DNA from: Camelus dromedarius
Taxonomy: Eukaryota
DNA length: 64,000 nt
NCBI RefSeq assembly: GCF_036321535.1
Contig: NC_087437.1
Coordinates: 21,640,001 to 21,704,000, forward strand
Direction of reading: 5' to 3'
How positions within the stretch are numbered: the first letter of the stretch is position 1; every line of letters begins with the position of its first letter. Below the pieces are notes generated by a model. It was not told where the DNA came from. It ran no database searches and was given only the letters and a program-made list of their open reading frames with translations. Below, one piece after another: positions 26,501 through 41,500 of the stretch. A program made the translations under genes and the position numbers.

Positions 26501-29500
26501 TTACTTAAGTAAATTGGTTTCTTTACTCCAGACCAATCTGTTGACTTCTGGGAACTCTTATACCTATAATTTAAAAATTGTGTTAATTAAAAAAGACATA
26601 AATATATATCTATCTGTTTAGAACTTTAGTAAACAAAGTATAAGAAACTGCATCAACTCATTCACTGACTACCCCACTACTGCCTTGCCTTTACTGAAAT
26701 CTGGCTAAAGACACCACTTTCCCGAGAGCCTTACTAATGGAGGAGTAGGAAGTCACTCTTGCAAACTCCAAGTCCTTCAAAGGATTTGAGTCTGCCTCCT
26801 CTCTCCCTCAATGCTCCTTTCAGATCCTTCCAACTCTATCCTGAGAAAGGCCTGTTTTTGAGGTTAGAGTTACCCAGAGATATATACTGTTCTCTACTCC
26901 TCATTATAGGCATCTAACAAAATCACTGATTACCAAACTCACTGACGGTTCAGTGTTTTCTTTCTTCCCCAAGTCTTATTTATCATCCTGAGTGACTTCA
27001 ATGTCTGGCTGGATCATCTAGTTAAACTGAAAACCTTTCAATGACTTTCTCCTCTACTTCTTTATTGGGACTTTCTTGTTAATACAGAGAAAGTTCTTCA
27101 ATTCCAAAAGGTATTATTAAGCCTTACTTTATGGCCACGGTTTCCCAAAGTTCCAGTTCTTTCACCCAGTTACTCTAACATATCTGTAATACCTTCCTTT
27201 CATTACCTCTTTCCCTAACCAGCTTGGTCTCCATGGTCCTTCACTTAAAGCACTCATTGGTAATATCCTTTACCTGTTCCACTGCCACAGTGTCTTCACT
27301 AGCTGTACCCATCTGCCAACATCCCAAGCTTGGATCAATCTAAATGCCTGCCTTCTCTGAAATGATATCTAGGCCACTGCATTGATGGAGGAAAACCACT
27401 AAATTGTTTATGAGGTTAGTACTATACTACTATATATCTTAGTTTTCAACCTCAGTGCTGCTCAGAAATCCTTCTAATTTTCCCTTATCAGCTTTCTCTT
27501 CTGTTTTCCACAGTGGCTATTTCATATCATCACTATTCTCCTCAAATCACCTGGACCAACTCCATTGCCACTTTTAGCCAATAATCTTATCTCCCATACC
27601 TCTTACCTCATGGAAGAAAAAAGAAACCATTAACACAATTCCACAACTAAATCTATAAATTTAGCTAAGCTCCATCCATCATTTTATCCTCCCCTATCAC
27701 AGAGAAAGAGATTTCACTTCCTCTAGTGTAGTCCCACATGGCTACTGTTCTGGATGCTCCTCAGTGTCCTTATTATACCAATTACCACTTCTGTCTTCCA
27801 TAACTTCAACATGATCCTTTCTATTTGCTCCTCAGCACTAACATTTAATCATATTAAAATAGCTCTCATCTTACACACATGTATAGCAATTTTTTGGGGA
27901 GTGGGTTCCTTTATAGTCACCAATGTAAGATTAGAAAATGACACACATAATTAATGTCCGATACTCAAGGGTCTCAGCAAACATGTATTTCACTATATTC
28001 CAAATTGCTGACAACTGAAAAATCCAATAATCTCTCAGTTAACCATCACTATTTTGAATCACCATGAGTATAATCTCTAGATCATTTTACCATGTTTTAT
28101 GGTGAACTTAGCTAGAAAACTACTGATATTGGGGTACAAGTCAGGTTCTGCTGAGACACATCTTGATATTTCTTCTAAAATTATTTCTGTGGCAACTTTA
28201 AACTGTAGTTGATCTATCTAATTCTAAAGATCAAATCTCCCAAACATAGCCATCCTTTCATCCAGGTTTAGTGACTGCATTTAAATAGCCCAAGTGAAAA
28301 AAAATTTAAGAGAGTATAGGAGTATAACATTCAGCAGCAAAAATAAGAATGTGTTTTTAGGAAATTTATTTCCCGTGAGCCTCCTGGGGCAAATTTCAAG
28401 CAGTCCAAGCTATAAAACTGCCCTATTGGCTAGCCTGGTATCTCGGTGTTTCATACAAAAGTGGATCAATTCCAGTAATACTGCCCTCTAGTAACCTCAT
28501 ATTTATGAGGCAGCGATTTCAATGAGCAAATCCCAGCTAAATAAATCTAACTTCTACCATTTTGGGACCATCTCAGAGGTTCCTGCAAACTGTCAGATAT
28601 AAAAGTAGAAGGATCATAAGAATTCTCATAGCTTTTCTAAGATCACTCTTATAAATGACCATGTTCTTCTTATGAAAGAATAAGTTGGCAGAAAATTTTG
28701 GCTTCTTATGAAATATTAAATTGAATAACAAATAGGCAGAAATGTTGGCTTCTATTTCATGTGAAGTAAGGTATAGTCATCCCACCCCTTCCAAAAAATG
28801 CAAGGAATTAATTCAACAAGCTGAGATTGAATAAGCATTTATTACTGAGTATAAATCAAATGTTAGGCCTCTGCTAGGTACTTTTTTATATTACCTTCTT
28901 TATTCCTAACAATGATCACATAAGGTAAGTAAAACTATCCACATTTTCAAGATGAAAAAACTAAGACTTGGAAATATTTAAAAACACTTGCCCAAGACTT
29001 CAGAGCTAGGAAATGCAGAGCCAAGATTCAACTTTAGGTCTACATGACCCTAAAAGCCATAAACTTGTCACTAGGTCACAGAATCTCTTAAGTATTTATA
29101 TATGTTATAAAATACAGAATAAAGAAATAGAGAAATATGAAGTCTTCAAAAAAGAAAAAACCTATACTTTATTTTAATAAAATATATCTTTAAATAATGC
29201 TATTCATAAGAAATAAATATTTAAAAGGTTTCTAAATATAAAAAGGTATCTAGCAAGTAAGTAAGCATACTTAAGGGTTTTTATAAAATATTTTACTATG
29301 AGTGTAGGTACTGTACTAAGGCTCAAAAACTAAAGTAATTTACCCAAGTTCGCATATTTAATAAGCCTGTGACTTAGGCTACCTAAAATTAAAGTTTCTA
29401 ACTTCATGGCCATAATTTATGGACTTTAATCAGTTCTAGCAAAGTTATTAAAATTGAAAAAAAGTTCAAAAATACTTTTTTTAAAGTAGAAGGAGAAAAT

Positions 29501-32500
29501 ATTTTCATGAGGAGAAACTGGTATGGCTGAAAAATCTCTACTCCCTAATTGGGATTACTAATGGCTTTGGAACTAGCTTTAAACTCTTAAATTTCTGTAC
29601 TAATTAGACCCATCAAAAGCTTCAACTCATATTCACTTTAAAGTAGATTTCTTCAAAGTACTACTGACAGTTGAAGTAAAAAGAAAATCAATCCTTTCAG
29701 CTTCAATGAATTGGTCTAAATACTTAAAGTTATAGAATATAACCAATGAGCAGACTGTACTTCTCATTTTGACAAGATTATAAGCATAAATCACAGTGGA
29801 AAAATAAATATTAGGACATACTAAAAATACTTTGCTAAAATGTTGTATCAAAAAATAACATTTAATTTTATAAAGTTGAAAACAATTTTGTGAAAATAGT
29901 TTTAATGACTCTACAGACCTGGTATTTAGATGAGGTTCCAGTATTTCCCGAACATGCTCGGGAAATCTCCTCCACAGTTGGTGACCTGAGCCATCAGTCT
30001 GCATCTCTCTACAGTCATAAATAGAGAGTAACTCCTACAAACACATATTTTACACATGTAAATCCACAGCGAAACAGATAAACCTTTAATAAATATTCTA
30101 TACAGTATGGTTATAAAAATACATAGAAAAAGATATAAAATTATAAAATTTTGGAGTTGTGAACTTGCTTAGTTGTGAACATCTCAATGCTTAAAACTAT
30201 TTAGGTGGCCTATGCAAGGTCACCAAGCTGTGGTAGTATCTGAACGTGAAATTTGTGTGCTGTACATAACATGTATTGAAATATATGACTAAAAGCTATT
30301 TGGAGGAAAAAACTGGAATTTCTGTATTTGCAGAATTCATAAAATTTGACTTTTTCTGAGTTTTAATGAAAGTAACTACAAATCCAAAATAGTTCAAAAT
30401 ATCTCAAATCTAGATATAAAATACTGAATTTAAAATTCTGAAAATAAGATGCAAATGTTAAAGACCAATTTGCTACTCAAGTCCAGAAATTAAATGGTTA
30501 TATTTTACTTCCCTGAAAATAAAACAAGTGGGATTTTATAGATGAAGAAAAAAAAACCAAAAAAATCTTGGTCTCTAATATCAATCTTTATTTATTTATT
30601 TGTTGGTTTATTTATTTATTTCATTGAAGTACAGTCAGTTATAATGTGTCAATTTCTAGAGTACAGCAAAATGTCCCAGTCATGCATATACATACATATA
30701 TTCTTTTTCATATTTTTTCATTAAAGGTTCTTACAAGATATTGAACATACTTCCCTGTGCTATACAGAGGAAACTTTCTAATATCAATCTTTAAAACAAG
30801 ACAAATATATTAGGGTATTACATCTGCCATCATGTATTATTCTTTCTTTCCAATTCCACTGAAAATGACCATATGCAGATGTATACCTAATAATTATAAA
30901 ATATAAGCAATGTCCAATAAAATACACTTTATACTTACATATAGTATTTTTAATAAAAGTAAGAAAGTATATGAAAGCTAAAATACAGAAATATCCGAAA
31001 TTTATTTTTATTTAACTTTAAAATGCTATTAAAATTTTGTTTGAAGCCAGCTTTTGATGTTCGTAAAGTCACTCTAGCTACAGAAGTCCTTGCAATCAAT
31101 CTCCAATAACAGACTTAACAGATCAGCAATCCTTTAAGTTTTTTGGTTTTGGGACAATTTATACTCTTAAAAACACTAACGCAGGGTTAGGGGAAGGAGA
31201 ACTGGATGAAGACATTGAAAAGGTACAAAATTCCAGTTATAAATAAATATCAGTAATGTAATGTACAATATGATAAATATAATTAATACTGCTGTATGTT
31301 ATACCTGAAAGTTGTTGAGAGTAAATCCTAAAGAGTTCTCATCACATGGAAAAATATCTTTTTTAAAACTTAATTCTGTATCTACATGAGATGATGGATT
31401 TTCACTAAGCTTACTGCGATAATCATTTCATAATGCATGTAAGTCAAATCATTATGCTGTGCACCTTAAAGTTATATAGTGCTGTATGTCAATTACATAC
31501 CAATAAAACTGGAAGAAAAAACAAACAAAAAACACTAATATACTTACAGTTGTAGACCTTGCTTCATATTTCATTGAGAAAACAAACAATCAAAGAGAAC
31601 TTCACAACTTCCAAGCTAATATCTCCCAGCCTGGCAATATCAGTATCAGTGCCTATATACTCGGCTTTCTCTCGTTACTACAGATGACTTGTTTTTGTTT
31701 TTAATTAAGGCTATTCTCTCCACCTGTACACTATATTCCACATCTTTTTACCTACTTAAAATAGTATTACATCAATTCTCTTCTACATCATCACTATTCT
31801 CCTCTCACTGAACTGTTCCCAAGCAACATAAAAGCACACTGTTATTTTTCCATATTTATTCCTCTTTCCTCCACAGCTACTATGTCATTCTTCTGCTCTC
31901 CTTGATAGCAACAGTCCTCAAAAGAGTTTCTGTAATTTCTCTAATCCTCTCTTCCCATATGTTCTTAAAAATATGCTTATAAGGCTTTCTAAACTCCACT
32001 GAAACTGCTCTTGTCAAGGTCACTAATGACCTTCATGTTACTATAGCCAATGGTCAATTCTCAACCTTTAAATTATTACGCCTATGATCAGCATTTAGAT
32101 CACTCCATACTTCCTGAAACACTTCCCTGTCTTCCAGAACACACATTCTCCTACCTTACTGGTAGCTCTTTCTCAGTTTTCTTCCCTCTTCTCACTGACC
32201 TCTCTCATTGTCCAGGTTATAAGATTACCAGAATCTTTTTACCTACACGTATTCCCTCTCTTGATCATCTCATCCAGAAATCACAGTTTCAAATACCAAC
32301 TCTACTGTGCACACCTCCAAATGTGTATCTTTGACCCAGACCATGAATTTCAGACTTGAATATCTAACAAAACAAGGACCCTTTAATTGAAAAAAATACC
32401 ATGAAAAGGGCAAAGAAAGCCAAACTAAAAATATTCATTACTTGTATGGTAGACAAAGTGTTAATTTCCACTACATCCAAATAGGTCTTCAAAGTCAATT

Positions 32501-35500
32501 TAAAAAAAAAAATAGACCAACACCAAAGGGAGAATGGGAAAAAAGACAATCCAGAGAAAATACACAAAAAAGCAATAAATATATAAAAGATGTTATACCT
32601 CGCTCATAATTAAATGAAAATTAAAATGAAACAATACAATTTTTCATCTGCCACATCAGCAAAGATTTGAAATTTTAAAAGGCAGATTTGTCAATCAAGG
32701 GAGTATAAACTTTTTTGATAAAACCTATCAAATATAAACTCTGTATTTGCTCTGAGACATATTTTAATTTCTAGATATTTATGTCGTGGATATATTCACT
32801 CAAGTACTCAGAAATTATAAGTATGCTTTCTGAAACATTTTTTTAAAAGCAAAACATGAACACAACCTCATTGTATTAAATAAATTTCTTAAAAAAATTA
32901 TGGTAAATTCATATTGAATATTAAGTCACTGAAAAGAAGCAACTAGAGATATATGTAGTGATGTGGAAAATTACACAAGATAGATTATTAAACACAAAAG
33001 AAAATCATGTAATATGTTCTCCTTGTGGAGAAAACATATATTTATTTGTATATACATAGAAAAATGTTCAAAGTACTTATAATAATCTACTAGGAGGGTA
33101 TATTTCAGCACTCTGAAATTTTTGCCAGGAATTTGTATTACTTTGACAATAAAAATGATAGTTAAAAAAATAAGAGTTTCCAAAGCATAGAATTTACAAC
33201 TTTCTTAGTAGAATTTAATAATGTAAAGCCAGTAATGTCTATATTCACTCTTACCTGAATGGCATAAGCAGCTGAATCTTGAGCTCGGCTGTTATCTGCA
33301 TATGCAAGGTAAGCTCTTGTTAGTTCCATCAATAATCCATATGCAAAGTTTGAATCTTCGACTCCAGTCTCAATAAAAACAAGAAAAAATTACAGTTAAT
33401 TGGTATATATTTCTTAAACTGTATCATGTATTATTCCCTGGTGAATTTAACTTAGTTGCCCCAGTCAATTTAACTTAGAAAAGTGTTTAACTTTTATATA
33501 GCTCCAACAATTTGCATATTTTAATAATTAGAAAGAAAATTATATATACAGCATTTCTTAATTTCATTCTGTAAAACCTTGGTCACTTAAGAAACTTCAA
33601 AAAATAATTTCAACATAACCTCACCTTGGAGATTCACAAAGTACACCAATATATTAAAAGTTCTGTCTAATTTTGTTTTACAAGATTTCCCTAATCTACT
33701 CACTTGACCATGAAAACATTTTTATACACACTCTATTAAAACACCCTGGGAAATTAGTTTCCCATCGAGACACTTAGCAATTGTGTTTAAATCATAATAT
33801 TTAAATAATTAATTAGGTTTTAAATATTTGTCAAGGTTAGGTTAGAAAACTTATTTAAAAGAACACAGCCCACTAGACTGGGCTCCAACTTTATAGTTTT
33901 TGGCTAAAGGTCTCTGCAATAGTATTAAAGAATAAACTCAGAAGTTGCCTAAATTATCTAGTTTAGATCAAGTTGCCACTAAGGATAACCTGAATAGTTC
34001 TTTGTAAATGGAATACAGAAACCCTACTAGGACAGAGAACTCTTCCTGCTATTGCAAATTACCAGAACTTACCACAAATGTAAAATCTTTTCCTTGGGTT
34101 TCAGTTGTTGAGAAATCTAGTCGACCTGGATCTATTGCCCCCAATTCCCCTAAACATTCCCCACAGAGCAACCGAGCTTGAGAGTTTGCATCTTGGCAAC
34201 CTTTCAAAAGCACTGTCACCAACTGTGAGATAACAGGTTCCACTGTTTCACTGTCTGTTGCATATTTTATCAGTTTTTCCTAAAATAAAAGTAAAGAGAA
34301 CATTTACACACAACTTCTACAAACTAGTATATTTTTCTAACAAGAAAGCTTAAAAATATTAAGGAATATCTTATGTAAATACTGATAAAATTAAATTCCT
34401 ATATCTGCAGTCTTTTCACTTAGTTTTTGCTGAGTTCACATAATATAGTGCACAATATGTTCTGCAGGATTAGAATCATTAAGTGTTTTTTATTCATTAA
34501 TTCATCAAATAGTTAACCAAACATTATTTTATTATATCAGTATATAAAAATAAGACAGTCTTATTCCAATGAGCTCTCAGTCTAAAGGGAAAATAAACAT
34601 GCAAACAAACAATTAAAATATATAATATGTACAATAACAAATACATACAAAGTAAAGGAACAATGAAGATGAAAAAGAACTCAGTAACTTTTCAAGGATA
34701 ACAGACAGATATGTCAGTACATAAGTTAAGAAGGAAGAAGAGCCATTAGTTAAAAAAAGAAAATTGAAAAGTATATAAAAAACTAACACGGGAGAAAAAG
34801 ATATGGGAAATGAGTTCCCTGGGGATGATTTAAAAAAAAAAAGAGGTACAAAGAAAGAGGTAGCCTTTATGAAAAAATATGTTGGTTCAAGTAGTTTTTT
34901 TTCCCATCTATCTCCTGAGGATGCTATAATGAAAAACTGTTCGGTGAGGAGAGACTATTCTCAAGCCAGTTAAGATTTAGATATTGTACCCGTGTAACTA
35001 TTTTATAACTACTTCATTTACATAATTTTCCTTCTAGCAAAAGTAAAGTATATACGAGCATCTCAAACTGAATGTTAAAACAATGACCCAAATTAGAGTA
35101 ATACATTTCCAAAAAAAAAAAAAATACATTTTTATCTCACCCAGAATCTTCAGTATTAGCTTACTTAAATAACATTTAGGTTAATTCAAGCATAAATACC
35201 TAAAATGGATGAACTAGTAATCAATAAACAGCATAACTAATATAATTACAGACATTATTCCCTTGCTAAAATTAGAGAACAAGGAAAAGGACACTTAAGT
35301 TGGCAAAGATAAATGCAGTTCACATCAAGACTATACATATTATGAAAAACACTACATGAAAGGTAATTTTAAAATATACTTATCTCCTAAGTGCTTAAAA
35401 AAGTTTTCACTTTACTTCTAGGTTAGATAAACTGGGTTTCATTTTTCAACTAGAAATATTCAATTCCAAAAGAAGTTTTCAAATAAGAATGTGTTCAATG

Positions 35501-38500
35501 CAACTATTTAGAAAGGCTTTTTAACTCTGTCAGTGGGGCAGCTTGGCTCTTTCCTAAGAGTATAAGAAATCTCCTTGAGTTCTCAGATTTAGTCATTTAC
35601 ATCTAAGATGTGATGATTAATATGAAGTTTTCTTGTGTTAAACCATGACCATGTCATTTGCTTGGAAATAACCTAAGCTAGAAAATCTCTATGCCAAGAG
35701 GAGAGATCCTTTGCTATTCGTAAATCCTTACATTACATTAAAAAGCTAGAGGCCCTTTAAGTTATCTGGAATCCTGGTAGAGGTTGGGACTAGGGGAAAG
35801 CCCAGGGCAGTTTCAGTGTAGTGTAGGGCAGAGAATGAGGCTGTAACACTGATAACGTAGATCCACAGTTAGGAGGGCATAAAACCTACACTCGAGGAGA
35901 TTCAAGGTTCCTCACATGTGGAAGGATCCCCTCCACCTTGGCTGCTACCCATGTTGGTTATATAAGCTCAATGACCCAGAAACGTGTACTTGTTGCCACC
36001 ATTACATCTACTGTCCTAGAAGCAAATGCTTCTTTCCATCATGAAAACAAATACAACTCAGTTTTGCAATCCACTAAATCCTAAGGGTCTCAGGCTCTCA
36101 CATCTTATTATATGAGCTCTTGATACACAAAAATGAGTATTTCACTCAAAATGTTTCCATTTTATAGACTTATAGTGATCTGGTATTTTAAACAACAGTT
36201 CTCACTGTCATCAAGGTTAGGGATAATCTACATTATGTTAACAAAAAAAAGAATAAAGTTCACTGACCCCATAAAAAAGAAAACTTGAAAATTGAGCTTG
36301 ATTAAAACTAACAGAGTTAATTTTGTCCAAATGTAAAATGATACAACTACTGAAATTTTACATGAAAGGTATCTATAGGAAATTATATGAGAAGACTCAC
36401 ATGAATGGCTACAGTACAAACAAATACACCTTTCCTCAGGAAGATGCAGTAACCAAAAATATAACTGTCAAATCATGACTCTTCAAAAACAACAAAAAAA
36501 AAAATATGCAAACCTCTTCAGCCTCAAAAGGCATCTCATGAATTACTGATTCTAAGTCAGATCTGAAATCTCGGTAAAATGAAAATCAATTCTTTCATTG
36601 AACCTACTGAATCTCAAACAAATATGCCAATCTCTCATCTTTTCTTTAAACTTCCCACCTTTCTTTTCCATAGCTTTAAAATTATATTGTAAAATATACC
36701 TGATTTTTATACAAGGTTTCCTTCAAACTCGTAAGAGCATGAATACGAACATCTACATTTTCATGTTGAATTGCTTTCATGGATAGCTGAAGAGTTGTCT
36801 GAAGATCCGTACTCTCAGAGGTCTCCTATATAAAGAGCACAGAGAGATACACCTGATCAATTAACCACTTTAAGAACCATTTCAGAAGGCCTGGATTCTC
36901 TACATAGTTACTATTAAAGTAGTTAAACTGTACCCCAATTGAAAGCAGTTTTAAAAAATAATTTCCATGTCTTCTTTGTATAGTGTATGAACTTTTAATA
37001 ATTCTCAAGGAAAGGGATTTCATTCTAAAATCTTTAGTGATGGAGAAAACTTTTATCCCAACTAAGTAAGAATTTACTTACTCAAAATAAATCCTTAACT
37101 TACAAAGAAAGGACTACATAATAGCCTTAAATGAGGTCTACAGATTATGCAGATAATTCACTCCTTATTTGGACTACTTACTTTCTTATGACTGATGATT
37201 TATCCAGTAAAAAAGGAAATAAAGTCTTCAGAACCAGTCTTGGGATCTATTTGGTAAATACATCTACTACTCTGACCAAAGGTCAGGTATCCCACTTTCT
37301 GCCCTAAAATTCTATGGAATCACCGCTACTTTTGTAATTTCAGAGAGTTCACTGAAATTCAGGATCATGTAAATAACAGATTACTCCCCTTCTAAAGCTC
37401 AGAATGAGTCAGACCTGACATTTCCATACCATGGTTTGTAGTATAAAATAATTAGAATCCTCCCACAGCTTTTTTTTTTTTTTTTTTTCTGGCCTTCACT
37501 CATGGTATGTAGCTATGGTCACTTCTTTTGGGGATGGTAAGTAAGAACATATTGATCTGTGTAGCAAAGTCACAAGAACTGTATTCTTTGCTCTCTGTTC
37601 TATCTAATACTATTTCATCTTTGATCTAGATGCTAAAACTTCCTTCTAAAAGTCTCGGATTCATGATAGGCTTATCTAGTCATCAGGAACTAGCCATCAG
37701 AATGTGACTATGAAATCCCTAGACATGATTTTAAAGAATCTCTACTCAGTGTATTAGAACTTGGGAACAATTTTGTATCAATCATCTAAACCATATATAA
37801 GAAGTTAAATACCTTTCTGTATTCCTGTAGAACTGCTTTTATCTTTTTTAATTCTGGATGATCAGGTAAAAAATATATTTCATGAAGAAAATCTTGCACA
37901 GCATCCCTAATAGTTGGAAGAAAAAGAATTATTTGAAGAATATGAACATTAAAAAAATATAAAGCAGAGGATGAAACTAAGGCCAACTTAATTCACATTT
38001 AAAACTGCTAGTTGATTATCGACATGCGAAGTAATCTTCCTAACCATGTCTAGGATGCTCAGTTAATAGTGACAAATTATCAAATCTAAGAAACAGCAGT
38101 GTGCTACACTGGTGGCCCTAAATAAACTCTACTTCTTGGAATACACGCCTATGTATGGTCACTTCCTCTTCAATGTGGGCTAGGTGTGTGATGTACTTTA
38201 AAAATAGAATATGGGAGAAGAGATGTTGGGCTTATTTGAGGCCTAAGTGTTAAAAAGGTCTGGCAGCTTCTGTTTTATACTCACGAGAGTCCTGAGTCAC
38301 CATGTAAGTCTGGCCACCAACATGGACAGACTACATGGAGAGAGAGAAAGAAGCTCTGAGACGATATGGAAAGAATGAGAAGTCCAGCCAAGTCTACCTG
38401 ATGGCTGACCGCAATGACCCCTGGTAAGAACAGTCAAAGAAAGCTGAACCCAGCCCAGATTGCAAAATTATGAGTGCGTAAAAAAGCAACAGATAGCCAA

Positions 38501-41500
38501 ATCCAACCCCAAAACACAAATTCTCACAAAGAATGTTAGAGAAAAATACATAAATGATTCTTACTGAGGCTACAATTTTAAATTTGCTTCAATGTAATAC
38601 TCTTAATTTTTTTTGGTCCAAATAAAAGTGTTTCTAAATTCCAGTTTTCATTAACTCATGTAACAAATATGTATTAAGTAACTACTATGTGCTACTATTT
38701 GCTAGACATTGGAGATGTAACAATAAAGAAAGCTAAAATAACTCCTTCACTCAGAGAGCTTAGGATCTTCTATTTAAAAGAATGAAAGAGAATTTCTTTA
38801 TTATATGAAGAAGGCAGAAAAATGATTCCTCTATAATAGACAGCAAAGATATAATATAATAATCCAAAAAGTATTTGAAAAGTGAATTAGATCAGTGATT
38901 ATATTATTTCATCATGTACAAAATATCAAAAATAAAAGTATTTTAATTGGAAAAAACTCCATTAACCTTTTCTTCTGTACTTTCTCCCTGACTGGACAGT
39001 TATTGAAACTGATCAATGGGAATAGCAATAGTATATGGGTAAGTAAGTAAATAAATTGTACGTAAATTCTAATTTTTCAGAAGCAAAGAAACTATGATAT
39101 ACAATAGTATGTACAAAAATGGGGAAAAAAAACAAATGTATAGAAAAACATTCCAGGCTAGAAAGCAGCCTGAGTGAAAAATAAAAATGAAAAGGTGTAA
39201 TGTATATTCTTGTATTAGCAGTCTGGATTGGCTGCAACATAGGATCTGTTTTAGGAAAGGATTTTAAGAAATAAAATGTGGCCAGATTTTGGAAAGCCTT
39301 GACTATCAAGATAAACAATTTGGAATTTATCAGTTAGGAAATAGAGAACTACAGGATGTTTCTGTATGCTGGAATGTTTCAGACAAAGAGATGCTTTAAA
39401 ATACGAACAATATGAAGAAATGCAATAAAAGCTTGAAGGAAGGGAGGTTGGTTAAAAAGTTAACACAATGAAGTAACAAGGATATTAACTAAGGTGAGCT
39501 GTAGAAAGTAAGTGATTAGCCCTCCTAACTTTTCTCATGCTATTCAACTGTCTTTTTCAACTGTAAGAAGAAAGGTAAATTTGGCCTCATCTCTTTTAAA
39601 ATTGATTAAAAAACAATTTTGAGTTACTGAATTACTAAGTTTAAGATATAATTATAATAAAGGCCATGTCACGACTGAAAGAGCATCAGTTTGATATGTA
39701 TTGACTTAAAGTATGTCATTTATTTTTGTTTACTGAAGGACTCTAAAAAGAATGTAACAGTCCCACATTACCAACAGTAATCCTAACACCTTGAGACATA
39801 AAAATACAGTAATAAAAAGTTGCTACCTTTATTAATTTTATTTACAATACCTGTTTTCAATTATGAGGTAGTGAAATATAGCTGCAGTTTCTTTAGGCTG
39901 GATGTGTATGAGAGGTAACAAAGCTACTATTACGTGACTGAGAAGAGAGCCTAGATAAGCGTGATCCAGGCAACGGACAAAGCAGTCCCACGCTCTATGT
40001 GAAAAAACAAATAAAAGTTAAAAGTCACATTATTTTTATTATTTGTAAAGCTCTACTAGTTAGTTACTAGCTGAACAAACAATGATACACACAAACAATA
40101 AGATTACAAGACAGTTGTAAAACTGGAATAAAAATCAATGCTGTATACTCACAAAGAGTGATTTCTGTAAGTCAAAAAAAAGCAGGGTAAAGTAAAAACA
40201 AAAAGAAAATTAAAAAAAGACAAAACACACACACACACACACAGACTAAAGTGAAAAACAGCCCTTATAATATGTTGCCTTTTGGGGCAGGGTTAATATA
40301 AAAAAAAAGTATCTAGAAGTGTGTGTGTATTTGCTTATACTTTATATAGGGAGGAATTATACAAAAATTAATGAAAATAGATACAGCTATTTGTAGGAAT
40401 TCAGGAATGAAGGCTAGATTCTGTGAGTGTAACCTGTTACACATATTTGAACTTGGGATGATGTCAATATTTTATATGATTTTTAAATAAAATAAAATAA
40501 AAAGAAAAAGCCACCTCTAAAAATTTTAAACAAACTAAAATAACTGAACCTAGCAATATCAAGCTGATGGCGCATGCACACAGAAAAGAATAACTTCACA
40601 TGACTTTAAACATATTATTCTGACGATACATCTCCAATAAAATATCGTCAAGAACAAAAAGAACCTTCAAGAAGCTTAAACTGCATTCAGTAGTCTTACT
40701 GATAGCAGTAATAGTGAAATTAAATTAAATTATCAGTCAGTCAAATCATACATGCCAAAATCTCAAAGGTCTGAAAGAAGTGTGGGGAAGGGACTTAAGG
40801 GCTGAATCTATTTATTAGAGTTGCTTAGGGGACCAAACAACCAAATGTGCAACATGTGTACCTTATCTGGATTCTAATTCAAACAAACCAACATCTTTGG
40901 GAAAAACATCTTTGAGACAACTGGGGAAATCTGAATTTTAGATGTTATTTAGGAATTCCTATTAACTCTGCTAAGCAAAATAATTCATGATAGTTATATA
41001 TTTTTTTCAGTGCCCTTTATCCATTAGATACATCTGAGGTATTTACAAGCACAATGATGTGATACTGGAGTTTTCTTTAAAATATTCCAAGTAACAATAA
41101 AAACGTAGCACTGGAAAGCTTAAATAAAATAAGATTAACAATGCTGATAACTACTGAGGTTGGGAATTGGGTATGTAGGGGTTCATTCTATTATTTTCTC
41201 TATTTCCCAGTATATTAAAAGATTTCATACCAAAATGTTTTTAAAGAAGTCAACACATTCCCTTTTCAATACACAGACTTTCCATCTTAATTATTTCTGG
41301 TTTGAAAACAATTTCCCTCAAAAAGCTAAGAATTCAAGGCAGTGCTAGCTATTGGGAAATGCAAAATGTCTAATGAACTCTGGTAGTCATTTACCTGCAA
41401 CACAATTCAGGAAAATCATCCTTGAATCGAAGGCCAGTTCTCAGCGTGGTCATCATTTTCACCCTCACAGAACTGACATGTTTGGGTCCCATCAATTTCA

